A model generated the notes under the pieces. It did no database searches. It was not told the DNA's origin and saw nothing but the letters and a program-made list of their open reading frames with translations. Position numbers and translations under genes: made by a program. A stretch of 64,000 nt of DNA from Nanobdellota archaeon (GTDB lineage: Archaea; Nanobdellota; Nanobdellia; SCGC-AAA011-G17; JAFCDX01), in the NCBI GenBank assembly GCA_040753775.1, contig JBFMDT010000001.1:58584-122583 (forward strand). Direction: 5' to 3'. Position 1 is the first letter of the stretch. Each line of letters begins with the position of its first letter. Below, piece by piece: positions 18,542 through 27,536 of the stretch.

Positions 18542-18781
18542 ATGGATAAAGGATTGATTCAAAAGAATTTGTACGACCTAGAATATAATAAAGTATTAAA
18601 TTTGTATAATATTACAATGGTTTTAATTGGGACACTTATTATAAGTATTATATTAAGCAACTATGATCAAAATACAAAAGTTTTAACTATTTTCTTCTCT
18701 GGTTTGCTTAGTATTTACTTCAGACATATATTCAATAAGGAATTAGAAAATATAAAAGGAAGAATGAAAACTTTAAAATAA
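18542..18781 (+). CDS. Small membrane protein
   Basis: Two hydrophobic segments. Confidence 0.6.
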   Translation: MDKGLIQKNLYDLEYNKVLNLYNITMVLIGTLIISIILSNYDQNTKVLTIFFSGLLSIYFRHIFNKELENIKGRMKTLK

Positions 18782-18838
18782 AATTTCTAAAATTATAATA
18801 GGCAAAATTAAAATTATTAAAATAAAAAAGAAAAAGAT

Positions 18839-19513
18839 TTAGAAGCTCTTTCTTACGTCTTCTATAATCTTCTTTGAGCTTTCTCTTAATCCCAATCCCA
18901 ATCCAATTCCTAATGCCAATGCTATTCCCAATCCTATTGCTCCGATTATTATCAGGAATGTGTTTTCTAAGATGCCTATTGCAACTCCTATCTGCTCCAG
19001 TGCAACAAGTACAGCCAGTATTATTACAACAACCTTTGTGATTCCTGCAACAGCCCTCATTCCCTTCATTTTTGTATTCTCTAGTACCTTCATTTCTATG
19101 TAATAAGCTAGGGCTATACCAACAAATAATACTATAATAGCAGCGATAACATTAGGAAGCCATAGAACAAATTCATTTAAGAGGTCGCTTAAACCCCCGA
19201 GCTGTAATAGATCAGCTGCAACTCCTAAGAATATTATAAAGATGTACCATTTGGTTATCTCCCCAATGACAGCTGAAACATTTGTATGGCCAACAGCTCT
19301 TGTCAATTCGCTCTTCTCAACAGCCCTGTTCAAGCCAAGCTTTTGCAATAGCAGCTTTAAGCCGTGCCCAATCAGATAAGCCACAGCATAACCTAATATT
19401 ATTATCAATATTGCTGCCAAAAGCCCAGGCAGTATATTCACAAAGCTGTTCCAAAGTGTATATAATGGATTAAGAATTATAGCACCTGTTGCGCTAATAT
19501 CTTCTAATGCCAA
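18839..19513 (-). CDS. MscS TM-helix repeat protein (CmpX-like)
   Basis: Repeated LP.L.AAI.I motif; GGAGGTGA SD. Confidence 0.8.
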   Translation of the reverse strand: MALEDISATGAIILNPLYTLWNSFVNILPGLLAAILIIILGYAVAYLIGHGLKLLLQKLGLNRAVEKSELTRAVGHTNVSAVIGEITKWYIFIIFLGVAADLLQLGGLSDLLNEFVLWLPNVIAAIIVLFVGIALAYYIEMKVLENTKMKGMRAVAGITKVVVIILAVLVALEQIGVAIGILENTFLIIIGAIGLGIALALGIGLGLGLRESSKKIIEDVRKSF

Positions 19514-19629
19514 TATAAGTCACCTCCTTTTTTGACTGTGATAGCAATAACAAAGATGTTTCATTTATAAAGCTTTCGAAATATAAAATATTATGTAACT
19601 ATTTTAAAGTAGATATTATAAAACCATGT

Positions 19630-20844
19630 TTAAAATCTCCTTTGAAGCATTGCTTTCCCGGCCTTTATCTGTTGCTCTATTCTTCTTAGTTCATAAAGTT
19701 TTGTTTCCCTTTCCTTTCCAAATACCCCGCACTTTATTATTGGAGCATCGAATCCAACAGCTAAATGGCTCAGAACAGCATCCCTTGTTTCTCCTGACCT
19801 ATGGGACATTACAATGTTTATTTTATTCTTCTTTGCAATTTCAACAACCTCTTTTGTCTTTAAAATGCTTCCAACCTGGTTTGGCTTGATGATGACTGCA
19901 TTTATTGCCTTATTTTTTATGGCCTTTCTAAGAAGCTCTGGGTTAGTGCATATCAGATCATCCCCGCACACCATGCATCTGCCCTTAACTTTTTTTGTCA
20001 GTTCACTGAAACTCCTGAAATCACTTTCTTCAAATGGGTCCTCAACATAAATGAGGTTATATTTATTAATTAAATTGCAAACATAATTTATTTGCTCTTT
20101 TTTGCTTAATCTCTTGTCTCTGTAAATATATTTTTTCCCATTAAACAAATGAGAAGCAGCAATATCTACTCCTAACCTTAAATCAAAAGTGAATTCCTTG
20201 CTTACCCTTTTAATTATTTCATTCAGCTTATCGAGTATTTCCTCTGCACTTAGCTTGCTTATCCACGCCCCCTCATCATTTACATCCTTGGCCTTAACCT
20301 CGCTTTTTGCTAATTTCCATACCATCCTGTTTGCTTCAATTGCCTCTGTAATATTGAATGCATTCAGGCTTATAACTAAAAATTCCTGAAACTCTATTTT
20401 TTCCTTTTCTTTTGTATGCATCCCACCACCAACAACATTTCCCAAGGGTCTGGGTATATGCCTTATGTCTTTATTCAAAAACTTCCATACACATCCATCA
20501 GCCATGGCCTTAAGTAGCGCTAGTTCAACAGCAATCACAGTATTCCCTCCAATTATATTCCAGTTATCTGTCTTGTCATACTGCCTTAAAATCTTTTCAA
20601 CCATTGCGATATCCTCAAATTTCTCAATTTTCATTCCAACAATCTTGTTTCTTAAGGTGTTGTTGACAAAACCAACAGCTTCTCCTACGCCATTTTTTGG
20701 AAAGGCAGTAACCTCTTTCTTTCCCCTAGAAGCACCAGAAGGAGCAGAGGCATATTCCTTGCTATCCGCCTTGACCATCACCTCTATTGTTTCCTCATTC
20801 CTGGAATTTTTTATTTTCCAAGCCTTTACTTTCTTTATGAGCAT
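19630..20844 (-). CDS. eno: Enolase
   Basis: PSGAS, QEF, DEG, EDP, GDDL, KPNQ and SHRSGET. Confidence 0.93.
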   Translation of the reverse strand: MLIKKVKAWKIKNSRNEETIEVMVKADSKEYASAPSGASRGKKEVTAFPKNGVGEAVGFVNNTLRNKIVGMKIEKFEDIAMVEKILRQYDKTDNWNIIGGNTVIAVELALLKAMADGCVWKFLNKDIRHIPRPLGNVVGGGMHTKEKEKIEFQEFLVISLNAFNITEAIEANRMVWKLAKSEVKAKDVNDEGAWISKLSAEEILDKLNEIIKRVSKEFTFDLRLGVDIAASHLFNGKKYIYRDKRLSKKEQINYVCNLINKYNLIYVEDPFEESDFRSFSELTKKVKGRCMVCGDDLICTNPELLRKAIKNKAINAVIIKPNQVGSILKTKEVVEIAKKNKINIVMSHRSGETRDAVLSHLAVGFDAPIIKCGVFGKERETKLYELRRIEQQIKAGKAMLQRRF

Positions 20845-20878
20845 AATAAAAAAAGAAAATAATACTATATAAATATTA

Positions 20879-21766
20879 TTAATTTAAATTCATCTTGCTA
20901 TAAAACCCCAAAACATAGCTCAGCACATGGCTAGCTCTCAATGGCTTTTTCAATTCAGGTCCAACTCTAAAGCAATAATCCAATTTATCTCTCAATTCCT
21001 GGCCTAATCCATATTTCTCATTCCCGAATATTAAGGCAATTTTCTTATTCAGCTTAAGAAAACTTGCTAATTGCCTTTCATTTTTATTTCCATGTTTGCT
21101 AAATCCAAAATATAAATATTCATCTGGCAGATTTTTTTCTATCCTTAAATCAAACTTGCTGTAATTAATTCCCTTGGTCTCTTCTTTTGCCTTTTTCAAA
21201 ATTCTTTCAAAATCCTTCCCAGGTATAACAAGCAGGGGAATTCTAAAAACATAGCATATTCTTAAAAAATCTGATATTTCAATAGAGCTCTCTGGCTTTT
21301 CAAGAACAGCAATAAATTTTCTTGTATTTGGTTCAATTGTGTCAATTCTTTTTATTCTTTTTATTCCAACCCTGTATTTATTCTTGTTAAATTCTACATA
21401 AATTACAGCGCCATCATTCCTGTATGCAAACCCCTCCTTCTTCAGATAAGTATTAATCTTCTTGTAAATTTGTTTGGCAGAAAAATTTTGTTTTGTTATG
21501 AATTTGGTTTCAACCCTAAAAAATTTATCCCCAGACTTTTTAAAAGCATATGCAGCATCTTGGCATAGTTCCCTGAATCCATGAAAAGGCTTGTAGTCAA
21601 AATATAAATCAATTATTTCTTTAACCTCATCCAGATTAATTACGCTTTCAATATCAATATCTTCAGCTATTGCTCTGTAATTATCCTCAAATTTAATTTT
21701 GCCTATTTTTTTCTCAAGCTCTCTCTTATTTATGTCATATCTATTTAAAATAAGCAGGTATTTCAT
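20879..21766 (-). CDS. SPOUT (TrmH-like) RNA methyltransferase with putative N-terminal THUMP domain
   Basis: IFGNEKYGL knot motif; FRVETK...FSAKQIYKKI THUMP-like segment. Confidence 0.7.
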   Translation of the reverse strand: MKYLLILNRYDINKRELEKKIGKIKFEDNYRAIAEDIDIESVINLDEVKEIIDLYFDYKPFHGFRELCQDAAYAFKKSGDKFFRVETKFITKQNFSAKQIYKKINTYLKKEGFAYRNDGAVIYVEFNKNKYRVGIKRIKRIDTIEPNTRKFIAVLEKPESSIEISDFLRICYVFRIPLLVIPGKDFERILKKAKEETKGINYSKFDLRIEKNLPDEYLYFGFSKHGNKNERQLASFLKLNKKIALIFGNEKYGLGQELRDKLDYCFRVGPELKKPLRASHVLSYVLGFYSKMNLN

Positions 21767-21811
21767 AAAAAGTAAGAACAAGAATAATTTATAATGCTTT
21801 TGCTTAATCAA

Positions 21812-21901
21812 TTGGTATGGGGGTAAAAGAGGTGTGAAAACCCCATACCAAATGAAAATGAAATGGCTACCTTTTGAGTAGCCGAGATTCTTGAGGTGTT
21901 T
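21812..21901 (-). ncRNA. Candidate two-hairpin sRNA with anti-SD (CACCUC) motifs
   Basis: 11-bp stem 21812-21822/21841-21851; 6-bp stem 21865-21870/21878-21883; TTTATAAA at 21927-21934. Confidence 0.45.
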
Positions 21902-22016
21902 GATTTACTATTTTTAACTCAGCCGGTTTATAAATACATTATGAAAACTTGGTTAATACAGCAACTCTAGACCATTAATTCATAATGTTTATAAAGAAAT
22001 TTTAAAGGTTTTATTT

Positions 22017-22700
22017 ATGGGGTTAATTGAATTAAGAGGTCCTATTTGGTTCTATAAATTAGATACAATAATCCAATTCTTTGGTGCATTAGTTGCCTTA
22101 TTGATATCCTATTACACCTACAAAGCCTACAAACTTAGCTCTAAAAAAGCTCATTTGTATTTCAGCATAGCCTTTGCCTTGCTTGGCCTGAACTTAATAA
22201 TTTACTCAATAGTTCTCCCGGCCTGGATGGTTGTGTATGCAGGAAGCGGTTTCATCGTAGACATATTTTCACTTCCTGTTCTTCTGTTGGGCTCTAAAAT
22301 ATTGAACATTCTTTATGTATTCTCGTATTTAATGGCTTACTCCCTGCTTATATTTGTTTACTCGAAGATTGAAAGAAAAAGCATGATAGCCTTAACAGCG
22401 CTTTTTACTTTAGTTATATCTATTTATTCTTCAATAATTTACAGCTCTTACTCAACGCAAATCTTTATGGCCTTCAATATAATAAGCCTCATGCTTTTAA
22501 GTATTATAGTGTTCTTTACATACAAAAATTACATGCAGAAGAAAAACAGAAGTTCTTTCCTTGTTCTTTCAGCGTTCTTATTGATAGCAGTTTCTCATTT
22601 GCTTATGCTCTTTGAAAGCTTTAACAATGCCTTCTTCTTATCAGCCCATGTAGCCCAATTATTAGGTTACATAAGCCTTCTGATAGTTACAAGGGCATAA
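22017..22700 (+). CDS. Multi-pass (~7 TM) membrane protein
   Basis: Hydrophobicity pattern; precedes a wHTH gene. Confidence 0.75.
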   Translation: MGLIELRGPIWFYKLDTIIQFFGALVALLISYYTYKAYKLSSKKAHLYFSIAFALLGLNLIIYSIVLPAWMVVYAGSGFIVDIFSLPVLLLGSKILNILYVFSYLMAYSLLIFVYSKIERKSMIALTALFTLVISIYSSIIYSSYSTQIFMAFNIISLMLLSIIVFFTYKNYMQKKNRSSFLVLSAFLLIAVSHLLMLFESFNNAFFLSAHVAQLLGYISLLIVTRA

Positions 22701-22741
22701 TAACAAATATTTATAAATGAGCTGTCTTTATAATTAACAAT

Positions 22742-23011
22742 ATGCCTGAGCGCAGAAACAAACTTCAGATAATAATCGATATACTTGCCTTGCTCCAGAA
22801 AAAGGGCAAGGTTAAACCAACTCATTTGCTCTATGGTGGAAATCTCTCTTACGACAGGCTAAAGAAATATATAAAAGATCTTGAAGAAAAAAGCCTTATA
22901 GAGGAAATAACTGAAAAGGATAAAAAATTCTATAAATTAACAGACAAAGGACATAGTTTTTTGGACGAGATAAAAAAGATAAAAGAAGTTACAGATGCCT
23001 TTGGGCTATAA
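22742..23011 (+). CDS. Archaeal winged-helix regulator
   Basis: RRNKLQIIIDIL, T.L.Y..NLS, Y.LT.KG. Confidence 0.88.
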   Translation: MPERRNKLQIIIDILALLQKKGKVKPTHLLYGGNLSYDRLKKYIKDLEEKSLIEEITEKDKKFYKLTDKGHSFLDEIKKIKEVTDAFGL

Positions 23012-23070
23012 TTTTCCCTAAAGGTTTTTCATTTTTGCTTAAGCTTTTCCTAAAAGCTTATTCTAAAAGG
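23012..23070. repeat. REP-like hairpin TAAGCTTTT-CCT-AAAAGCTTA between convergent genes
   Basis: Perfect 9-bp stem at 23040-23060; same TTTTCCTAAAA core as the 38-bp repeat. Confidence 0.65.
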
Positions 23071-23072
23071 AT

Positions 23073-24293
23073 TTATTCATACCTCAAGGCATCAACAGGC
23101 TTCATCTTAGATGCCTGTCTTGCTGGCATTATTCCAGACACAGTCCCAACAATAAATGAAAATATTAATGCCCCAACTATCAAATAAGGGCTGAAGGATG
23201 CTCTTAACAATCCAGAGCCCAAATAATTCCCCGCAATAATCTCAGTTCCCTTGCTCAATCCAATGCCCAAAGTAATACCTATCGAACCTCCAGCCAGTCC
23301 AAGCAGCCCAGACTCAATAAGAAATATCAATAGTATGTCAGAATTCTTAGCCCCAATAGCCTTCATTATTCCTATGTCTTTTGTTCTTTCTAATACAGAT
23401 GTGTACATAGTATTCATTATTCCTATTCCGCCAACTAATAAGCTAATTGCGGCTATTCCAATAAGAACAGTCTGCACTATAGTGAAGATATTTGAAAATG
23501 TCTGGGCCAATTGTTCAGAAGTAGCAACCTGAAAATCCTCTTCTCCTTTCTTAACATCATGGCTTTTTCTCAATTTTTCTTTTATTAGCTCTGCTACTTT
23601 ATTAATATCCTCTCCCTCTTTTACTCTGACAAAAAGATAGGCAATGCCCTCAGGCTCATTGAACAATTCCCTTAAAGTCTCCAAAGGGATATATAACGAA
23701 GCATCATCTACAGGATTTCCTATAGGTCTAAGAATTCCTACAACCTTAAAATCTTTTCCTTCTATATTTATTGTATCCTTTAATCCTACAGGCTTTTTGA
23801 AGAATGTACCTTTAGCAACATTTTCACCAACAACAACCTCATACTTTCCACCCTCCTTTAGCCTCTTTCCTTCAGCAATCTCTATGTTATTCATCTCCTC
23901 TATTACAACCCTTGATTCATCCAAAGGAATTCCATGCACAAAATTATATTTCAGCTCATCTTTGTACTTTACCCTTGCCTGCTTGAACAGCATTTCAGCA
24001 ACCTCATCAACCCCATTTATTTTTTTTATTATGTTTACATCCTCTTTTGTCAGTCTTGCAGATGTTAATGTGCTTCCAGGTGGCCCGCTGAATCCGCTTC
24101 CTGCGCTTATTGTTATCTTGTCTGTTCCTAGAATTTTGAACTGCTCGTTAATAGCCTTCTGTAATCCCTGGCCCAAAGAGATTAAACTAACAACAGCAGC
24201 TATTCCTATGAATATCCCAAGCATAGTGAGCCAGCTTCTTAAACCCCTGTACTTCAGATTATTAAAGGCAAAAGTAAAATAATCCTTTATCAT
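23073..24293 (-). CDS. MacB/FtsX-family ABC permease
   Basis: RSWLTMLGIFIG, GIMNTM..SV.ERT.DIG.MKAIGA. Confidence 0.93.
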   Translation of the reverse strand: MIKDYFTFAFNNLKYRGLRSWLTMLGIFIGIAAVVSLISLGQGLQKAINEQFKILGTDKITISAGSGFSGPPGSTLTSARLTKEDVNIIKKINGVDEVAEMLFKQARVKYKDELKYNFVHGIPLDESRVVIEEMNNIEIAEGKRLKEGGKYEVVVGENVAKGTFFKKPVGLKDTINIEGKDFKVVGILRPIGNPVDDASLYIPLETLRELFNEPEGIAYLFVRVKEGEDINKVAELIKEKLRKSHDVKKGEEDFQVATSEQLAQTFSNIFTIVQTVLIGIAAISLLVGGIGIMNTMYTSVLERTKDIGIMKAIGAKNSDILLIFLIESGLLGLAGGSIGITLGIGLSKGTEIIAGNYLGSGLLRASFSPYLIVGALIFSFIVGTVSGIMPARQASKMKPVDALRYE

Positions 24294-25453
24294 GCATTGC
24301 TCTTTCTCTTCTTTTTAATTCTCCTGTAGAAAAGGTATATAGCAAAAACAAAAATAACGCCAAAAATAATATAGAGTCTGTTGTTGCTTTGTATTAATCC
24401 CATGGCTTTTGCTTCAGAAGCACTATAGACCCTTGCACTTACAAATGCTGTTTTTGTGTAATCTTCGTTGTTTGCATCCTTAAAAATTAATGTTAAAGGA
24501 ATTACAATGTTCTGATTTTTTGGATTCAATTTAAATTCAATGTTCTCATAATCATCCGAATCAATGTTTCCTATGTATAAATTCTCATTTGACAATATTT
24601 CATAATCCCCTGGCTCTAACCTTATGCTTAAAAACTTGACATCGCTTAATCCATTGTTAATGAGCTTAAGCGAAATGGTGCTTGGTCTTTCTACAACTAA
24701 TTTATTCTCTTCTATGCTAATCTCAAGATTAGGCTCAGCCCCAACAATCAGGCTTATTATGCTGCTCTCGTTGTATGCCCTTCCAAACTCATCAAAATAA
24801 GTAATAAATAAAGGAACCTTGTAAACTCCTGTCTTTGCATCTGCCAATGTTATTATAGTAAATGTGACTTCTTCACTTGATTCATCCGATATTTCATCAA
24901 TGTTTTTTTCACCAACAGAATTAATTGGAGCAAAAGGCGAGTTGCTGAAATCTAATTTTAAGTTTACATTTTTCAAGGAATAGCTTGCCTTGTTTCTTAC
25001 ATTTATCTTTACACTGGAGCTTTCCCCAGGAACTAATTTCTCAGGCTCGGATTTAACAGAGCTGATTGACAATGTTGATTCAATTCCGCTGACATAAACA
25101 TTAAATGTCTTTTCTGAAGAGTCATTTGAAGTGGAAGCCTTTAAGCTTATTGCCTTGTAGCCTGTTTTTGCATCCGAATCTGCTTTTAAATTATAATTAA
25201 GAGTAACAGTTTGATATGGCATAAGCAAATTGTAATTTATTTTCCTATCCCCTTTCACAGAAAATGAGCTTCCTTCATCTATTTCAAAGCTTACATTATT
25301 TAGTTGACTGCCCCCATTGACAACATTGAACTGGACATTAAAGTAATTTCCAGGCATAATGTCCCCAACTGGAACCATGCTTACGCTGATGTCCATTGCA
25401 AGAGCTATATTTGCAAGCAATGTCACCATTAAAAATATGAACAGTCTTTTCAT
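24290..25453 (-). CDS. COG1361 S-layer-like ABC accessory protein
   Basis: Signal peptide, Ig-like repeats, C-terminal TM; operon position. Confidence 0.8.
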   Translation of the reverse strand: MKRLFIFLMVTLLANIALAMDISVSMVPVGDIMPGNYFNVQFNVVNGGSQLNNVSFEIDEGSSFSVKGDRKINYNLLMPYQTVTLNYNLKADSDAKTGYKAISLKASTSNDSSEKTFNVYVSGIESTLSISSVKSEPEKLVPGESSSVKINVRNKASYSLKNVNLKLDFSNSPFAPINSVGEKNIDEISDESSEEVTFTIITLADAKTGVYKVPLFITYFDEFGRAYNESSIISLIVGAEPNLEISIEENKLVVERPSTISLKLINNGLSDVKFLSIRLEPGDYEILSNENLYIGNIDSDDYENIEFKLNPKNQNIVIPLTLIFKDANNEDYTKTAFVSARVYSASEAKAMGLIQSNNRLYIIFGVIFVFAIYLFYRRIKKKRKSNA

Positions 25454-26130
25454 TTTTTTTCTCCCATTTCACCATCTTTAATGTAATATATCTTATTTGT
25501 ATTTTTTGCAATTAATGGGTCATGAGTAACTAATATTACTGTCTTCCCTTTTTTATTTAATGTTTTCAGGAAATCCATAACTATGCTTCCTGTTTTGCTG
25601 TCCAAGTTTCCTGTTGGCTCATCTGCTAATACAATATCTGGGTCATTTGCTAAGGCCCTTGCTATTGCCACTCTCTGCTGTTCCCCCCCAGATAACTCGT
25701 TTGGCCTGTGATTCATTCTGTCTTTTAATTCAACCATTTCAAGTAATTCTATAGCCCTTTTCATCCTACTCCCTTCTTCCGTTCCCTGAAATATCATTGG
25801 AAGCATGACATTCTCCAAGGCGCTTAAGGTGTTTATCAAATTAAACTGCTGGAATATAAAGCCTATTTTCCTCCCCCTTATCCCTGCTAACTCAGACTCA
25901 TCCAATGAAGAGATATCATGTTCCCCCAAATATACCTTGCCTCTTGTTGGAAGATCCAAGCAGCCAACCATGTTCATTGAGGTTGATTTTCCAGAACCAG
26001 AAGGCCCCATGATAGCTATAAAATCTCCTTGCTTTATTGTTATATTTATTCCTCTTAAAGCCTCTACACTTGAATTTCCTATTCTATAAATCTTCCATAC
26101 ATTATTAAGCTTGATTAAGGATTGCATCAA
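25450..26130 (-). CDS. LolD/MacB-type ABC ATPase
   Basis: GPSGSGKS, LSGGEQQR, ADEPTGNLD. Confidence 0.96.
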   Translation of the reverse strand: MMQSLIKLNNVWKIYRIGNSSVEALRGINITIKQGDFIAIMGPSGSGKSTSMNMVGCLDLPTRGKVYLGEHDISSLDESELAGIRGRKIGFIFQQFNLINTLSALENVMLPMIFQGTEEGSRMKRAIELLEMVELKDRMNHRPNELSGGEQQRVAIARALANDPDIVLADEPTGNLDSKTGSIVMDFLKTLNKKGKTVILVTHDPLIAKNTNKIYYIKDGEMGEKK

Positions 26131-26230
26131 ATTACACAGCAGTTTATCTTTAAAAATGTTTCTATTTAACAGTAATAATAAATTTATAGTTAGAAATCTT
26201 TAAATACAGAGTAAAAGTAGAAATCCATAA

Positions 26231-26330
26231 GCGGATGTGCCGGAGTGGCCAAACGGGGCAGATACTTTGTAGCCCAACCTCAAGAGCTGTTGGCTTAGTG
26301 CCTACACAGGTTCGAATCCTGTCATCCGCA
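26231..26330 (+). tRNA. tRNA-Leu(CAA) with 16-nt intron at position 30/31 (26262-26277)
   Basis: Cloverleaf with long variable arm after splicing; BHB GGGC-AG|A-TAC...GTA-GCCC-AA|C. Confidence 0.92.
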
Positions 26331-26337
26331 TCGTACA

Positions 26338-26958
26338 ATGAAGATGAAAATAAATACAATTATATCCTGGCTGATGAAAGTTGTGATAATATGGCTCCTC
26401 CTTGTGTTTCTATATAAAAAAGATTATCCATTAGCATTATCGGCATTTATATCCATAATAGTATTTCTAATGCCGGCTGTAATTGAAAGGAACTATAAAA
26501 TAAATCTTCCATGGATATTTGACATTCTTATTATAACACCTTTGTTCATACATATCTTGGGAATAACTTACAAATGGTACAATAACCTTTACTTTAGCAG
26601 CTTTTCTCATTTTATTGGAACAATAATAATAGCTCTGCTTGGTTTTATGATCCCCTTTACTTTAAATGCAACAGGCAAAATAAAATTATCTATAAAGATG
26701 ATAATGTTTTTCACAATAATTTTCTCGATAGCAATAGGAGCTGTCTGGGAAATAGCAGAATTTAGTTCAGATGTATTTCTTGAAACAAAATCCCAGCCAA
26801 GCAATACAGACACAATGCTTGACTTGCTCTTTGATGCCTTATCTGGGGTTGTAACTGCCTTCATCGGTGCATGGTACATCAAGAAAATTCCACCCCATAG
26901 ATTAAATAACATAATTGATCCATTTGCAACAATGATGAAAATAGAATATAAAAAATGA
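26338..26958 (+). CDS. Membrane protein (DUF2238/YjdF-like)
   Basis: H..G, SHF, WEIAEF..D and DTMLDL motifs. Confidence 0.75.
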   Translation: MKMKINTIISWLMKVVIIWLLLVFLYKKDYPLALSAFISIIVFLMPAVIERNYKINLPWIFDILIITPLFIHILGITYKWYNNLYFSSFSHFIGTIIIALLGFMIPFTLNATGKIKLSIKMIMFFTIIFSIAIGAVWEIAEFSSDVFLETKSQPSNTDTMLDLLFDALSGVVTAFIGAWYIKKIPPHRLNNIIDPFATMMKIEYKK

Positions 26959-27512
26959 AAACATTAGCTGAAAAACTAAGAGAATTTAAAAGAGGCCCTG
27001 CAATAATCCTTCCAAAAGATGCTGGATTAATAATAGCATTAACCGGGATAAACAAGGATTCAAAGGTGGTTGATGCAGGAACAGGCTCAGGATTTCTTGT
27101 AGCTTACCTGGCAAACATCTGCAAGGAAGTAACAACTTATGAAAATAGAAAAGAATTCCTTGAGATAGCAAAAATTAATTTAGCCGGATTCAGGAATGTT
27201 AAGATAAAGTTCAAGGACGTTTACAAGGGAATTTCTGAAAAAAATCTTGACTTAATAACTTTAGACTTAAAAGAGCCATGGAAAGTTTTTAAATATGCAG
27301 AAAAGTCTTTAAAAAGCAATGGGTTCTTGGTGTCTTACTTGCCAACAATAAACCAGCTTGAAATTTTGCTGAAGGAAATAAAAAAATATAAATTTAGGTT
27401 GATAAAAGCTATAGAACTGCTTGAAAGGGAATGGGAAACCGAAGACAGGATAAGGCCTAAGTCGCAGATGATAGCCCACACTGGTTTTTTGGTTTTTATT
27501 AGAAAGCTTTAA
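26955..27512 (+). CDS. trmI: tRNA m1A57/58 methyltransferase (short form)
   Basis: PAII.PKD, DAGTGSG, LDLKEPW, HTGFL. Confidence 0.88.
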   Translation: MKTLAEKLREFKRGPAIILPKDAGLIIALTGINKDSKVVDAGTGSGFLVAYLANICKEVTTYENRKEFLEIAKINLAGFRNVKIKFKDVYKGISEKNLDLITLDLKEPWKVFKYAEKSLKSNGFLVSYLPTINQLEILLKEIKKYKFRLIKAIELLEREWETEDRIRPKSQMIAHTGFLVFIRKL

Positions 27513-27536
27513 ATAAAATAAAAAAAGGGATTTAGT

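Noticed and set aside
26162..26417. ORFs over tRNA-Leu
   Set aside because: Shadows of the tRNA gene.
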